Assembly (NCBI GenBank): GCA_973895155.1 | Contig: OZ316893.1 | Coordinates: 2,066,320 to 2,130,319 of the forward strand | DNA length: 64,000 bases | Reading direction: 5' to 3' | DNA from: Marsupella aquatica | Lineage: Eukaryota; Plantae; Marchantiophyta | Shown: piece after piece, positions 24,001-37,911 of the stretch | How positions within the stretch are numbered: the first letter of the stretch is position 1 | Layout of the letters: each line of letters begins with the position of its first letter | Translations under genes and position numbers: made by a program | The notes under the pieces: model-generated | Databases searched by the model: none | Told to the model about the DNA's origin: nothing | Seen by the model: the letters and a program-made list of their open reading frames with translations, nothing else

Positions 24001-26656
24001 GTGGACTATGGTAAGCAGGCTCCAGAGTGATGTAGAAATCATATTTTCTGCTGTAAAATCTAGAGGCCAGTTTTGACGGCCCCTGCATCGTGAAGGTGTG
24101 CCATTGATTAATAGCACGTATGAATTGCCTTTATGCGAATGGATTTTGAGGAAAGAACTACTGGTTGTTATCGCAATTTTGCACCCCACGAGATGAGTTA
24201 GGGAAAAGTGGATGGTTTTTAATTTATGTACGTATTCTTTTAAATTTGAGGAACAAACCTCTTACGAAACATAGTTAATTCTGACAAGTGAGGATTCGCT
24301 TCTTGTCAGCACTGCCTCTCTGGTCTAGAATTGGGCCTTACTGCTGAGTCGACTTTTGCAGTGGAATTTCAAGTTATTCACTGACGTGAAATTAGCATTA
24401 TCTTTCCCATGCTGACATCAGCTCAGAATGGATCATCGTCAAGAAGAGATTGTTTCAGTTTCTCGTCCGAATCCAGATTCTGAGTCTACAGCTGCAGTCT
24501 GCTGGTATGAGAAAACGGTGCATTGTCAAACAACTTAGTTGGTTACACATGATGACCTGTTTGATTACATTTTCCATCGAAGTCGCATCATGTTACTCAG
24601 CTCTTCCGGCTGCATGGAAGGTTCCAGGCCGTGTTCCTTGGATGCTGTCACCGTTCTTTATTTGGCTCTCACGACTTAATTTGATAGTCTACGCCTTTCT
24701 GAGCATCCCAAGTTGGGAAATCTCCAAACACTGCTCGCTATTCCTGACTTTCTTCGAGTCGGATCATGAAAAGGAGAGGTTTGCTGACAATTCTGCCAAG
24801 CAGTCTGTCGGAAGCGTTAAGAATGTGCTAAGAAACGGGTCATTCACTGGAGCAAGTCTTGCAACTCCAACTATCTCACGTTTCCAGAGGAGTCAAGCCG
24901 CTGACCTTTCCCTTCTCAGAACTGTCGTTTGGGCGCTTTCCGTAGTCAGTTTGGTGTCGACCACGAGACTGTACAACGATCCTGCTGTGTGTGCCAAGAA
25001 ATTGAGCTCCACCTGCCAGCAGACAGGTACTGTATTCAACTCACGTGCAGAATTCACGCCTACATCTGCGAATTGGTTCTGGAGACAAAGAACACTACAG
25101 CACGAGATGCACTGGTTGCTAGACTTCTCTGGTACGAAGCAGTATGAGAGATTCGTCTTCCGATCTGAATAGCATGAAGCAAGTGGGTTTTAGTGCTAAA
25201 CGGTACCAAAAGGAATGGATCGTTTGGACAACTGTTCTCGAGAGATAACAAATTACTTGATGCACCCACTTTCAAACGTGGACTGGTCCCACTAGAGAGC
25301 GTCGAGAGTAAGGAGAACTTGCTTAAAAGTCAATCGCTTGTGCACATCTTGTCTTTGTGCTATGGATATGGAATTTAATTTACAGTTTTTCCATGCAAAC
25401 TAGGTTTTCATAAAATTTAACCTTCAACTTTGCCCTTGATAAACAGCGGATTGTCTTTTTTTGGGTTTGGTAGAAGTGTCTGGGATCTTTCCATTGGGTC
25501 TAATATTGTGAATTTCATTCTTATTTCCAAATATTACTGCCTTGCTGTTAACATTTTACGCCTTTGTGTACGCGTTTATCACCTAATTCCGTGTTGCTTG
25601 GCTGCTGTGTACACTCTCATTCCTTTGCCGTGTGCACTCGTTTGCCTTCCCTGTTATACTCCGATCGTCCAAGGGCTCCTCTCCGGGTGTGAGTGATCTG
25701 GCTTTTACAAGTTCAATTGACGTCAACATTAGTCACTTGTGGGTTTGTAATAGTCAATTTTTGTGAGAACCATTTGCGAACCTCGGATTTGTGTTTAAGA
25801 ACACGCATCAAGGTGACGCTGGTGAGGAATTCTGATCCATGAGATCCTTAATTAACGGCAGATAGAAAATGCTTGCTAAAGACACAAAGCACCTGACAAC
25901 GCTGACAGCGAATAATTGAGTCAGGAAAAGTTGGCAAGGACTTTCGCTTATACTTAAAAGTTCACACTGTACGAGCCCGGATGAGACTGGCTGTGCCTAC
26001 GCCACCAACTGCAGTCATTAAATGGAGCAAAGGATCCTCTTGAATCAAACAGTCAGTAGCCAACCCGTGTAACCTCATCCAGTCATACCGGCATTTTGTG
26101 TCATCTGTTTGTGGACATTTTCACCATACTGTGCATGCCAAAGAACCATAGCTGTCTGACACAGCCAATTTCCCTCACATGTCCTCAGGGACAGAGGACT
26201 GATGAATGATTCTTGACTCCATGGTACCTCGGGAGTCGGGGAACACCCTACATCGATGCAATACTTTACGTTGACTAGGGGACGACAACGTATGAGTGGA
26301 GCATTCATCTTAGACAACTCGAGACAGATGACTTGCATTACTGACATGAAAGATCGACCCAGCTTCCCCTAAAAACTTCCAACGTATCCAAAGGACCTTT
26401 TATCTCAAAGACAACTGGAATATTGTCGGTCAGTCTGGTGCACTGTTCTAATATCTTGCATTTGTCCAAGTTTACGTGACTGACATGTTTGGGTACACGA
26501 GGCTTACGCGAGGCCTGCTTAGCCGGTACACCGCCATCCCCAGTCAAGACATGATAACAAGACATTTTCCCTTCCTGCGGATCTTGCTCACTCTACTCCA
26601 AACTGGATATTCAGCTTCTGGATCAAAGGCCACTAAACAAGGCCAAGGGATGACGA

Positions 26657-29600
26657 TCATGCCCTCAAGTGAGAAGATATGTCAGTTACTGACATGTTTC
26701 TTCCTTCTGGTGGGTTCTTAAACTGCCCTGTGTGTAGATAGGTCTCTAACCGATAGACTACAGCTTTGGCGTCAGCATCATCATGGTTCTTTAAACTGAC
26801 GAGAAACTCAGATACCACTGCTTGCATGAGCTTCATGAATGGTTTTGGGTATGTCTGGAAGAGTCGAAAACCAGCAGTCTGTCATTTAACACAAAAATTC
26901 GTCAGTATAAACTTACATTCATTATTTCAACTAGGTCAGTCAAAATACATACCAGGTTTCGTCAAGGGATATATTGTTGTAAGTGTCTTTGTTTATTTTT
27001 CTATTCGAACTTGACGAAGTTACTTGAAGACTTGGATTTTGGGGAGTACAAACCTTGAGAAAGGCCTCCAGAGCCGAAGCAGAGAGTCTGTTTGCAGGAA
27101 TTCTGTTCAGAAGGCGTGAACACCATGACCATCCCTCTCCCAACCCATGTGGATTGGCACCACCATAAACTTCAGTCTGTTTCACGCAGATTCAGAACAA
27201 ATTAGACAGGCACTCAGTATGCACGATTCTCGCTCTAAAAGCCTTCGAGTCACAGCAACAAGCCCGGCCCAAAGCCCTAAGGGGCCACGACGACCCCAAG
27301 ACTGGCCATGGTTGGACGACTTCCTATCAATGAACATGGAATACGTACCTGGGTAACCGCAGCATAAAAAGTCATGTAGGCATTCATTCTTGCAACATAA
27401 TCATCAGTAGATTCCAATTTACCACCATTGTCTTTGTATCCCAGTGCTTTATAATATGCTTCATCACTTGCAAATTGATTCTGCAAAGGTAGCGCCCAGA
27501 AAATTAGTACACCACCAGAGACATATACGAAGTGGTTCAAAGAAAGCTTCCTTCACGAATTCAGAATCATGAACTTCGTAAATTTCAATCGAGGTCTATG
27601 CACCTTGGAAAAAACATAATATTTTGGAACCGTGAAAATGCAGACTTGGTGTAGCTGAGCGAGCAGTGACTCCATCACAAAAGGAACCTACACCAAGAAT
27701 AAGCACAAGTTTGTTATTTCGATGGGCATTGAGGTTAATAGAACCAAGAAGAGAACGGTGCCAATTATAATTCTAAGAACATCAAGTCCATGCAAAGACA
27801 CGTGATCAACCAGTCACTGAACCCAAAATTACGAACAAAATGATCTGGAGAATCGAGTCTATATCAACAAGATAATCCATGATAACATTTAGTCAAACTC
27901 AGTTGGGATCACAACAATGATACAGGTCCTCACCTGAGAAGCAACGTTGACCACCACTTGGGCCAACGCGAAAGCAAAAGATGGTAACTTCTGCACTTGA
28001 GACTCACATTGCGACAAAATCTGCCCCACAGCAACTTCAATGAATACCAGTTGATACAGGTGGGAAGAAAATCTTCATTAAAAGCTGTAGATTGGACTCG
28101 GCCCAAAATTCGGAGAGAACCAGAAACATGTGGAAAACGTTACCTTGGTACCAAGGGTGACGATTAAGAACTGGATAGGGGGCCCGTTTGGGGTTCTGAA
28201 CAGCTGAATCAATTCTGCAGACTTTTTCCTGTTGAAAAGTCAGAAAAAGATTGCAGAATAAGAATGTCAAAGTGAGAAACACAAACTACTGTGAAGTCAA
28301 AGTCATTTCCATCACGTACTTGCAAAGGCACTGTTCCTATCAACAAGCAGAAAACTTTCATTTCAGAATGGCGAGAACATGTACCCACCTTACTTGCTCT
28401 TGTGTAGCAGATACTTGCTGCAAATGTTTGATTATTTGCCTCTCATAGACCTTGAAGTCCTGCAAAGAAACGAGAACTTCACACATCAGGGAAAAGCGAC
28501 TTACTCAACACGCTCATAGCAATGGTGAAAGCATTCATAGATAGGACAGGGAAACCTAGATTCACAATGGGCAATCAACTTTATATGAGAGAGGAAAAGC
28601 AACACATAGATCACCTTCTTCAACGTCGGATCCATCGCCAGGTGCTTGTAAGAATCTTGAAGCTCCTTTAACTTGTTTAGTCTCCCTTCTTCTAGCCGTG
28701 CAGCTTGTTCAGAGACTCTAGGCTTTGGCACTGGTTAAAAGAAAATTGAATGATTAGTCCGCTTCATCGAAGTTCCTTCGCATGGGCGTCCACAGAGCGA
28801 ATGTGCATCAGAGGTCAAGGGAAGATTCACCTGAACCAGCTTTAGCAGCTTCTTCGTTTGCACGTTGTATGGCCTTTTGTTCAGCTTCTTGACTAGCGAG
28901 GATCTTGGCCTTCCTTTCAACCTCTAGTTTGACCTTCTCCTCAGCTTCTAGTTTGGTCTTCCTCTCTACTTCTACTCGCTGTAAGGCTGCTGCTGCCGCA
29001 GCATCTGCTTGTGCTTTCCGCTTGGCAGCCTCTGCTTTAGCCTTCTCCTGTTCTGCTTCAGCCTTTCTTTTTGCCTGGCGCATGATACAAGTATGTGAGA
29101 AACATTTGACCCTCACATGCTTTGCGAGAACACGAGGGCAAAGATGCAACAATTGCGGGAGCAAGGAGGGAAAAATGCAAGACAACCATTTTTATAAAAG
29201 AGAAATACAGGTGCAAGAAAAAGTCAAAGCATTGAACTGGCCTCTGCCTCTGCTTCTTCCTTAGCCCTCCTTCGCTGTTCCCTCACTTGCTCAAGTTCTC
29301 TTCTTCGAGCTTCTTCCGCAGCAGCTTCTTTTCTTATAGCACGCTCCTCCACCTGAGATCGCTGCTCATGATCCCGCTGAAGGACTGACAGGTGCTGATC
29401 ACGAGCTTCAGCACTGCCCCAAATCGTCAAATTGAAATTGGTGATGACCAGTCTACATCAGATATACTATTCTCCGCATTCGAGACGCAGATCCAACAGC
29501 AGAAACTCCATCTTTTTGGCAGACTAGAGAAATGCAGATGATGGTGGTTTATACTTTTTAGGCAGAAAATTTCGTACACACTTGGAAAGTCCATGTTATA

Positions 29601-31707
29601 AAAAGCAATTATTCAGGGGGAATAACTAATGTCAGGCACCAAATTTTCAATAACTAAGACTGAAGGAACAAGACCATTAATACCAAGGCTATTGCCGTTC
29701 CATACACCTACAAGACAGTGGGTCTGAATGTGAAAGGAGATAAAACGTAACGACAGTATTTGTCTTTAATTTAAACGAGACATCCTAAACCGCTAACACA
29801 GTTGAAGCTCACTTGTGAAAATCATGGAGGAGGACGCTATGACAATTCTCAGCAAACAAAAGTGTCCTCATGATAACCGGGCACAGAATTATACATCATT
29901 CGTTGATGTTGTTTGTCGCTGCGTCGGGCATTTTCACGCCTGATTGCCTCCTCTTTTTCTACATGGGAAAATCTTGCAGCTGCTCGCCGTTGCTCCTCTC
30001 TGAACTTCTCTTCAAAGTTGACATGCGTTTGCTTTGTTTCATCCTGTTCCTCAAAATTCATAACTATGAAAGTCAGTAAATGTCGGATACGGCAAAATGA
30101 ATGTGAAGGAACTTTCATATCCTTCAAGGTTCCGAACAGCACGACGTCAGAAAGGAAGCGTATAGCCAAAATTAAAGGTTGTTGGCACGACCTGCACTCT
30201 CAAGAGCCTCTCCCGATGTGCTACCATCAATGCAGCTTCAAGCTCATCAGTTTTAGGCAGAAGTGGTGAAGAACCCCATTCTGACCTGTAAGATGGTATC
30301 AGTCTCAGTGACATCCAGTGTCCTCACTTTGGACGTTGGGAAATCAAGCAGAGAAAACAGTAGGTAATCGATGTCCAGAACTCCAGCATCATGAAATAAG
30401 AGGTGCTTACAAATTGAGGAGAGAGAAACTTGATATTGGAAAATGATGAACACAATTCAGCTATACAACCAACCAGGAAGGGACAAGGTCTGAGAAGCTA
30501 TCAAACCAATATCCTATACCGTTCTGCATTCACTCGAATCGGTGAATTCTGATGTTGATTTTCCTTTCCTTGAGGACGAACTCTCTCAGGAGATGTACAT
30601 TTGCCCCCATTCTCCTCCGATGAATCTTCGTCCGAATCTCCACTGAACAGACCTGAATCAAATAGACTCATTCGGAAGCCTTTTCTCCCAAAGTCTGCCA
30701 CCTCTGATAGATTTCCGCCAAAACTGCACATATTGGAGTTCACACAGACGTCCGCTAATTAAGACTAGTTGAAGTTTCCCCGAGTGGCGGGCTGAAAAAA
30801 TAGCAAGCTGGCAGGGGTCAGGCTCGCACTCTTCAAATAATGGCTGACAGTACGTACAGTTCCTTTCAGGACATTCTTCCGTAAGCCTTGAGACAGGGGA
30901 TTGGTCTCACACGCACGGACTAGACTTTTGGAAAACGAACGTTCACATTGTCACACATGCACATTCACACATCGGTGCCTTTATTCTGAGTAGAAGACTC
31001 GATTTTTCATGGAAAAGATCCCTCAACCTGTCCAAGGATTGAAACCAAACTTGCATCCCCTTAAGCTAAAATCCAGATTAAATGACGATGCTACTTATGT
31101 CGTGTGCAGATCACATGTCTCTAGTAGATTTTCGGGATTAGCTGAAAGGGACAAAAAAATAACGATATCTCCCATTCACGAACTTCAATTGTAGGGAAGG
31201 CCCCTGAGTTCCATATAAAACCCACTAGGGCATGTTTGCTAGATCAAGAAATACACAAAATTGAAGATTATCAAAATACAAAAGTAACGATCAGACATAA
31301 CGATAAAAGGTAGCACTGGCATGATCTTACAATATACAACCCTACAATGCAATGCATAAAAAATCAACTTTGATTCGTTCCCGTTCAGACTAAAAGAGAG
31401 AACAGCAGGTAATGCACAGTGCATGATGCACTTACCGTTTGGCTGATGCCGGCGTGGTGGATGCTGCACCGTCATATGAACCAGTCGAAGAGCTCCCTTT
31501 CGTAGCATACTTAGCTTCAATTTCCTCCAGCTCAAGGCGAATGTCTATCAAATCGAAGTCGGGATTCGGGTCCACGAGCTTGGCAATTTCAGGCCTCAAC
31601 GACATGGACCCCAAAGGCGACGATTCCTTAGGAGTCAAAACCAACCACTTTTTCAAAGTCATGATGGCTGTATCCGACTTCTGCATCCCTTCGAATGATT
31701 CAACCAT
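26657..31707 (-). CDS. GLE1: mRNA export factor GLE1, multi-exon (start codon uncertain)
   Basis: N-terminal VDPNPDFDL...LEEIEAK, then coiled-coil exons (IAEARDQHLSVLQRDHEQRSQVEER), then GLE1-domain exons ILSQCESQVQKLPSFAFALAQVVV, LAQLHQVCIFTVPKY, YYKALGYKD...ESTDDYVARMNAYMTFYAA, NPHGLGEGWSWCSRLLNRIPANR and AGFRLFQTY...PPEGR...LRA*. Confidence 0.9.
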
Positions 31708-32349
31708 GGGGGAAAGGATGCCTGTCTGTCCACCACATTCACATCAAACTGAGAACATGGGTGCAATCCACGATGCCCAATCTCTGGCCATTGTTTCATC
31801 CTCATCCTAAATGAACAACAGAGAAACCCCCCTCCGAGATACCCACACCGTCATGGTGGGGTCCTCATCAGAACCGCGACATTCCATAGCTCTCGTTCCC
31901 AAGCCCTCAACCTTCAGCTTAAACCCTAAGCCCTAAACATTCCATAGACAAAATTACCCCAACTTCAATGCTCGCTCTAAGCTCAGGCTCACTCCACATT
32001 TGTCTGCTCGTCCGTCTGAGCAAAGTAGAATTTCAGCTCAAACGACTCAATAATAATCTCATTACAATCGCAAACAAACGGACCACGCAGTCTCCTCCTT
32101 CCTCCTCTCTATGAATTGAGTCTCCTGGTCTCCTCTTTTACTCTTTCTACGTCCTTCTCTGTGCAAACCGAGTCTCTGCCTGGCTGCCTACACTAGCCCT
32201 GTCGATACTACAGTGACCGCGGAGAAGAAACATGAGAACGCCAACCATCCGACGATTGGGCTCTCCTCCGCAGCATCGAAAGCTTTTCTCGTGGCTTTTC
32301 TCGTGGCTTTTCTCGTGGTGAAGACCAATGTCTTCCCCCGAACAGAACG

Positions 32350-32850
32350 CCATGAAAATTTTCTATTCGAATAGTGGCCTATGCCTTGTATTTTAGTTTT
32401 GACTATTCTATTCGAACTAGCCACATGCCTTTGCAGAGAAATGGCTTTCTATTGGAATAGTGGACCATGAGGCTTTCTATTTAAGCAGTGCGCCCATGCC
32501 TTGTATTTTAGTTTTGACTATTCTATTCAAACGAGCCCCATGCCCGTGCCTTCCTTGGAAATGTCAAGGTGAGAAAAATATGTCCAAATGAGAAAAGGTG
32601 GTGTCAAGGTGAGAAACAGATATGGAGATAAAAAAAGATATCAAAGTGAGAAAAAATAACCAAATGAGAAAAGAAATCAATGTGAGAAAATAATAGTGAC
32701 ATGAGAAAAACATGTCAAGGAGAGAAAACAATGTGGAGGAAAAAAAAATGTTCAGATGAAGAAAAGACATTGAAATGACAACAAATTCAGGTCAAGGTGA
32801 TGAAAATATGTTGGGGAGAGAAAAATGTCAAAATGAAAAAATATGTCAAG
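32350..32850. repeat. Duplicated ~60-bp motif plus purine-rich degenerate ~20-bp tandem repeats upstream of GLE1
   Basis: atgccttgtattttagttttgactattctattc occurs at about 32381 and 32496. Recurring tgtcaaggtgagaaa-like units run through 32560-32850. Confidence 0.65.
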
Positions 32851-34849
32851 GCGGGCCAAGAATACAAAAGCTTCATGAGGTAGTACGCTGTTGAGGCATG
32901 TTATGTATCATCCTGGCCATAGTCATTGTGGTTGGTTCAGCACCCGTGCGTCACACATAAAATGTCATTATATGAAAATAAGTAGTTGCATAAACTATGT
33001 CATTGCCTAAAAATGGTGTGGCCCAACCAAGGAAGGACAAATATCTATTTAAGCAAAAATTTAGAGGCTCCACCTGCACAAAAATATGGGAATATATGGT
33101 TTAGAATGGGATTTAATTTCTAGCTATAAACTTTAATCATGAGAAAATGAAAAACAAGGTTCATTTGTTTTTATAAAAGAATATTGACTTCAGAATAGAG
33201 AGAAGAGGAGGACCCCAGAAAGCGGAGAACAACCACGATCAAATCTAAAAGAACCGAGTGTGTGCTGATCAGTCACCTATGTATTGTCACAGCACAAACC
33301 CAAACACATTAGTGTTTGGGGCTTGCAACTAAATTGTGGTGGTTTCTGTACACAGGTCATGATTGGTCCTTGGATTGGTCGTGATTAGGTGTTGATTTAC
33401 ATGGAGTTCCAGAGAGGACACCAAACACAAAAGAGAAGGGCAAATGCAAACTCCAAAGTTAGCAAATGATGGGTGGAAAATAGAGGAGTGCAATAATGTG
33501 ATGCTCTAAGGATCCATATCTAGTGTGGTAACTAAATTTGCTAGTGAGACATGGATGTACTTTAACTTAGGGAGGGTTTTCACATCAAGACATGTCACAA
33601 TCACCATAGAGGGCAAAGGGAGAAAAGTAAGAGATGCCAGAGTTTTATAGAGGGAGAGGATGAGACGGGCTTTGTAAGATGTGAGCAAACAGGAATTTTC
33701 ACCAGTAAGGAAGAGTTTTGTTGCAAGGCACATCCAATTGCTAGAGAGTCGCAGCCGTTACCAAATTCAGTATGAATTTACAGAGTCTCTCAGGCACCCC
33801 TGTCATCCTCTGATATTGAAATTCTAGCGCATTTGTAGGACTCCAGATGATCAGGAAATTCCTAGCCAGGAAAGGGAAAATGGGTTTTCTGAGGAAATTG
33901 GCACCAAGATGAAGGTGCTTGAAACCAAATTTTGGCTAGCAAGGAACTAAATCTGCTAGCAAAATATTGGTTACTTCTATTTTTTTCAACCAAAGTATGA
34001 TTTTTGAAGGACACAAATTCCTCTATGCTTGCATTGTACCAGCACCCATAGTAGAGTGTGTGCAACTACATAAGTCACATGGACTCAAAAGCTTTTGTCA
34101 AGGAATAGTCTTAGTAATTACTCGTAAGATTCAGTCACTTAAAGAGATGTGGTACTAGTAGTAACACTCTACATTAAGGGAGACACTGTACAAGGGTGCA
34201 CAACACCTAGGAAAAGCGCAACTTAGAAAAGCTTTGTAACAAATTCAGAGTGTGCTGAAACCCTGGGAAAAGACTGAGACCCCTATTGCTTTGAATCCTT
34301 CTATAGATGAGTGACAAAGGTGAGATTACACCCTGGAATACTGGGGCAAATTGGGTGGATGGGCAGGTTAGGTGGGACAAGGAGCAGGTTCAGGGGATCA
34401 AACAATAGGCAGGACAAGATGACTATGAGCAGCTATCCTATGAGGAAAGAACCTTTAGTTGAGTACCAGGGTGGCCAGCTGGTCTTGGCGACCATCTGGT
34501 GGTTGCACAGGGTCTTTTGGCCTGATTAGGGGTTGTTTCCTGCCCGGGGTGGTGTTGTCCCCTGGGCGGTTTTGTGCGGGTCCCGGCCCTCTCCGGTTTT
34601 TTTGGTGAAAAAAAAACCAAAAAAACCACTCTCCAAGAACAGTTTGCACACAGTTGTATACAATTGCATTGAAAACTCTTACAGTACAACATCAGATTCC
34701 TTTCTTGTATGGGTCTGGTTTTCTTTGCACTGCAAGTGCTTGTATTGGCTTGTACTTCACTTGTTAGTGTGCTAGTAAAGCTACCCTTTACAGAAAAGAA
34801 AAACATGTATGTACAGATTGTTGTTTATATGGACTAGGTTTGTGTCCTG

Positions 34850-35200
34850 GGCAATGCATGAGATGTGTAGAGATTAACTCAGTCTTGTGATAAACCAGAT
34901 CAGTATGTTAAATATGGCTTGATTGAATCCTAGTTGATATGGGTTCTTCCTTATCTTGTGGTTCTCAAAGTGGTGGACTTCACTTGAGAGTGCTCAAGTC
35001 AGATAATAGATAACACATGAGAGATCTGGGACCTTGGAGGGAGAGCTTAGTGATGAATCTATGTATCCACATAACCATGAATAAAGTTGTCATTCCTGTG
35101 GACGTAGCCTACTATGAGGGTGAACCAGGTAGCAACCTTATAATTGTAAGTGTATGGCTTGAGTGTGTTCCTTGAACTGAATTCCCTAAACAATGAACTA
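34850..35200 (+). mobile_element. Possible LTR remnant
   Basis: gtggacgtagcctactatgagggtgaaccaggtag (~35098-35132) resembles the GTGGACGTAG...GAACCACGT motif common in plant copia LTRs. No LTR termini or coding domains were found. Confidence 0.3.
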
Positions 35201-37911
35201 ATGAGAGAACTACATTATGAAATTTGAATGTGATTGTTTGCCAACCAAGTATCTAACCAAGTTAACCATACCTGCATTGCTCCCAAAATTGCTCAACAAT
35301 TTAGTTCCAAGTTTTTGGGTTGTTGGGTCAGTCTTGGCTGTGTAAAGTTTTTTTAATTAATTCATAGCATGTAGTACAAGAAGATTGTATAGACTAGCTA
35401 GTTATAAACCATCAAAGGTAGAGTTTGTTTTCAATCACTGTTCACCCTTCTCTACAAAACATGTACAACCCAAGATATAACACAAAATAATGAATGTAAG
35501 ATAGGTTGTATGTATACCTAAATACAATACTGTTGGAAATCCACAAATAAGTGTGATATTCTAGCAAAACCAGAAACCATGGCATTCCTTTCATCATTGG
35601 GCTAAAGCTTAGTTTAGCTGTACCTTACCCAATATGATGATAGTTCAGTGGATATAGCATGTTCATCCTGGAACATGCCTCTATTTTTGTCTTGTAGTGA
35701 TATGTAATTCATTTGATTTATTTTATGATAAAAGAATAGGTACATGTAAAGTATATGCCAAGAAATTAAAAGTAAGTGAGTGACATAGTACACATGCAAA
35801 GAAAAGTACATGCATTATGACCAATAAAGTACAAAGGTATTAATATAAGAGTTTTGCACATACAGATTTTCATTTGCTTCTAGGTAATGACAATCAACTC
35901 AAATTTTGTAAAAGAAATCACTAAGGGAAATTAGTACACCAAATGTGCACATTGTTCAAACTCTTTTCTCTCACTCATGAGAAAAAAGATAATTCACTAA
36001 ATAATGATTGAAAAGTAAAGATTAAACATTTATGAGGGGAGTCAAATACATTCCAAATACTCTATGTTCACAAAAAACTAAAAAGGGGTCCAAAAGTTAT
36101 TTCAAAATCAAATTAATATAAATGATTCAACTAATTAAGGCACATTAAAATAGAAATACTGAATACAAAATCTGAATAAGACAAAATCTGAGAGGTGTAT
36201 TCACCATATAGCAGCTTCATTCACAATTACAATAATATAAATATTACAAAGGATGAAAGTTGGATTCACCATATATCATTTTCAAAAATAGTAATACAGC
36301 CCACATTTTCTTAGTCTTTCCTAATTTTCCAGGATAATAAGTGTGAATAGAGAGGTACACATTTGAAAGACTCAAGAGTGGTGAACCATAGTGCATTTTA
36401 ACCCTTAGCCTGAGCTCCCTTTATTATATAGTGTGCATTTACTCTAAGTTCAGTATTACACTGGAGCCATAGTTAAGGTTTATCTTAGTCACACACTAGG
36501 TTACTAGTTTGTATACTCTATATCCCAAATAGTGTTTGTTTGGATAGAGTGAACTCAGGCTTATTGTTATGGAGTCAGTTGAGAGATAAAGAGATCTTGT
36601 ATTGCGGAGACTCGGTATGGGCCTAAAGTGCAATAAAACTCTCGTGTGTTCCCGAGCACGTAGCCTCAAGCTGAGATGAATCATGTATTTTTCTGTGTCA
36701 ACTACTTGTGCGTTGGATAGTTCATGGGCTTGCCGTTGTGATTATCGTCTATGCTCAACATATAGGTGATTGGAATGAGTCACTTGTGGTGCCTTTTGAA
36801 GATTTGCCTTCGAGTGTTTTGCTTTTAACCAGATTTTCCAATCAATTGCCTCCTCCTCCAGGGGGTCTGGTTGGGTTTTGACCCTTTTTCTTCTCTCCAG
36901 GGACCCTCTTCCAGCCCCCTTTTGTTCTCTGTTTTGTTTTCTCCTTTCTCCTTCTCCTATGACAGGTCCCATGTTGTTTTCCGGCTCTATGGAATGAAGT
37001 TTTTGGGCATTCAAAAAAATAAAAAATAAATAGGTGTGACTTTCATGGTTCATCTCTCTTCACCTCTTTTGCTTCTACTCTCCTCTACTTTGTTTGGTCC
37101 TTTGCCAGAAATTGGTCAATTTTGCCCAACCAAGTCGATTGCACATGTGTTCTTCCATGTAACCAATCGATCGAAGACTACGTGGCTTTGTGTGAACTGG
37201 ACAGAGTGGACGGAATGCAAAGGGGTCTGTTGAGTACGAGATCCAGTAAAATCTGGGTTGCGAGAATTTGTAGGGACTGATTGCTAGATTGGAAGAGAAG
37301 CACAAGGTTACACGAGAGTACAGATTCGATTGATTCAGCACTGGGGAAGGAACGTTCTCCTGTTGAATTCCGTGGTCTGCTGGGTCTCATCATCTGCAGC
37401 TGGAGTCTATTCATTGTGGATGAGCAGTGAAGGAGAAAGAGATGCTGGATCGATTTGCATGGTGATCGTGGATCGATTCGGAAATTTGATTGTAAAACGT
37501 TAGTGGCTGAGGCTCATGTTTAATTTCTATGTAGCCTATTTGAGACAGATGTTTGTTCGTTACGGTGGAACAAATGTGTTTTGACCACTTGATTTGATTT
37601 CCTTCCCTTGAAGTTTGAAAGCCCGAGTCCATGTCCGGACTTGGAATTTCTGAGAGAACGTATTTGCAGCAATTCGTCCTTGATAACCTCTGTTTTGATA
37701 GATCTCTTGGTTCGAGGGGTGTTGTTTGAAAGCGCCTTTCAATCCACTTGTTTCTGTGTGGTCAGCACTGCAAAATGGAAGTGGCCTTCCTTTCCATTTC
37801 AGTACTTCTCTTCTAAACTTCGTCTCTTTCAAGTCCGTCCTGGAAGTCCTTTCATTGTTCTCGTATTTGTCCCAGCCTGAAATTCCAGCCAGTGTTATAC
37901 TGGTTTGAAAG

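Noticed and set aside
24450-25172. 240-aa ORF after TTM3 as a possible third cistron
   Set aside because: TTG start in the track, no recognisable domain, and composition typical of non-coding DNA.
23404-31707. Functional link between TTM3 (polyphosphatase) and neighbouring GLE1 (InsP6-binding)
   Set aside because: Convergent genes 2.6 kb apart; adjacency alone is not evidence.
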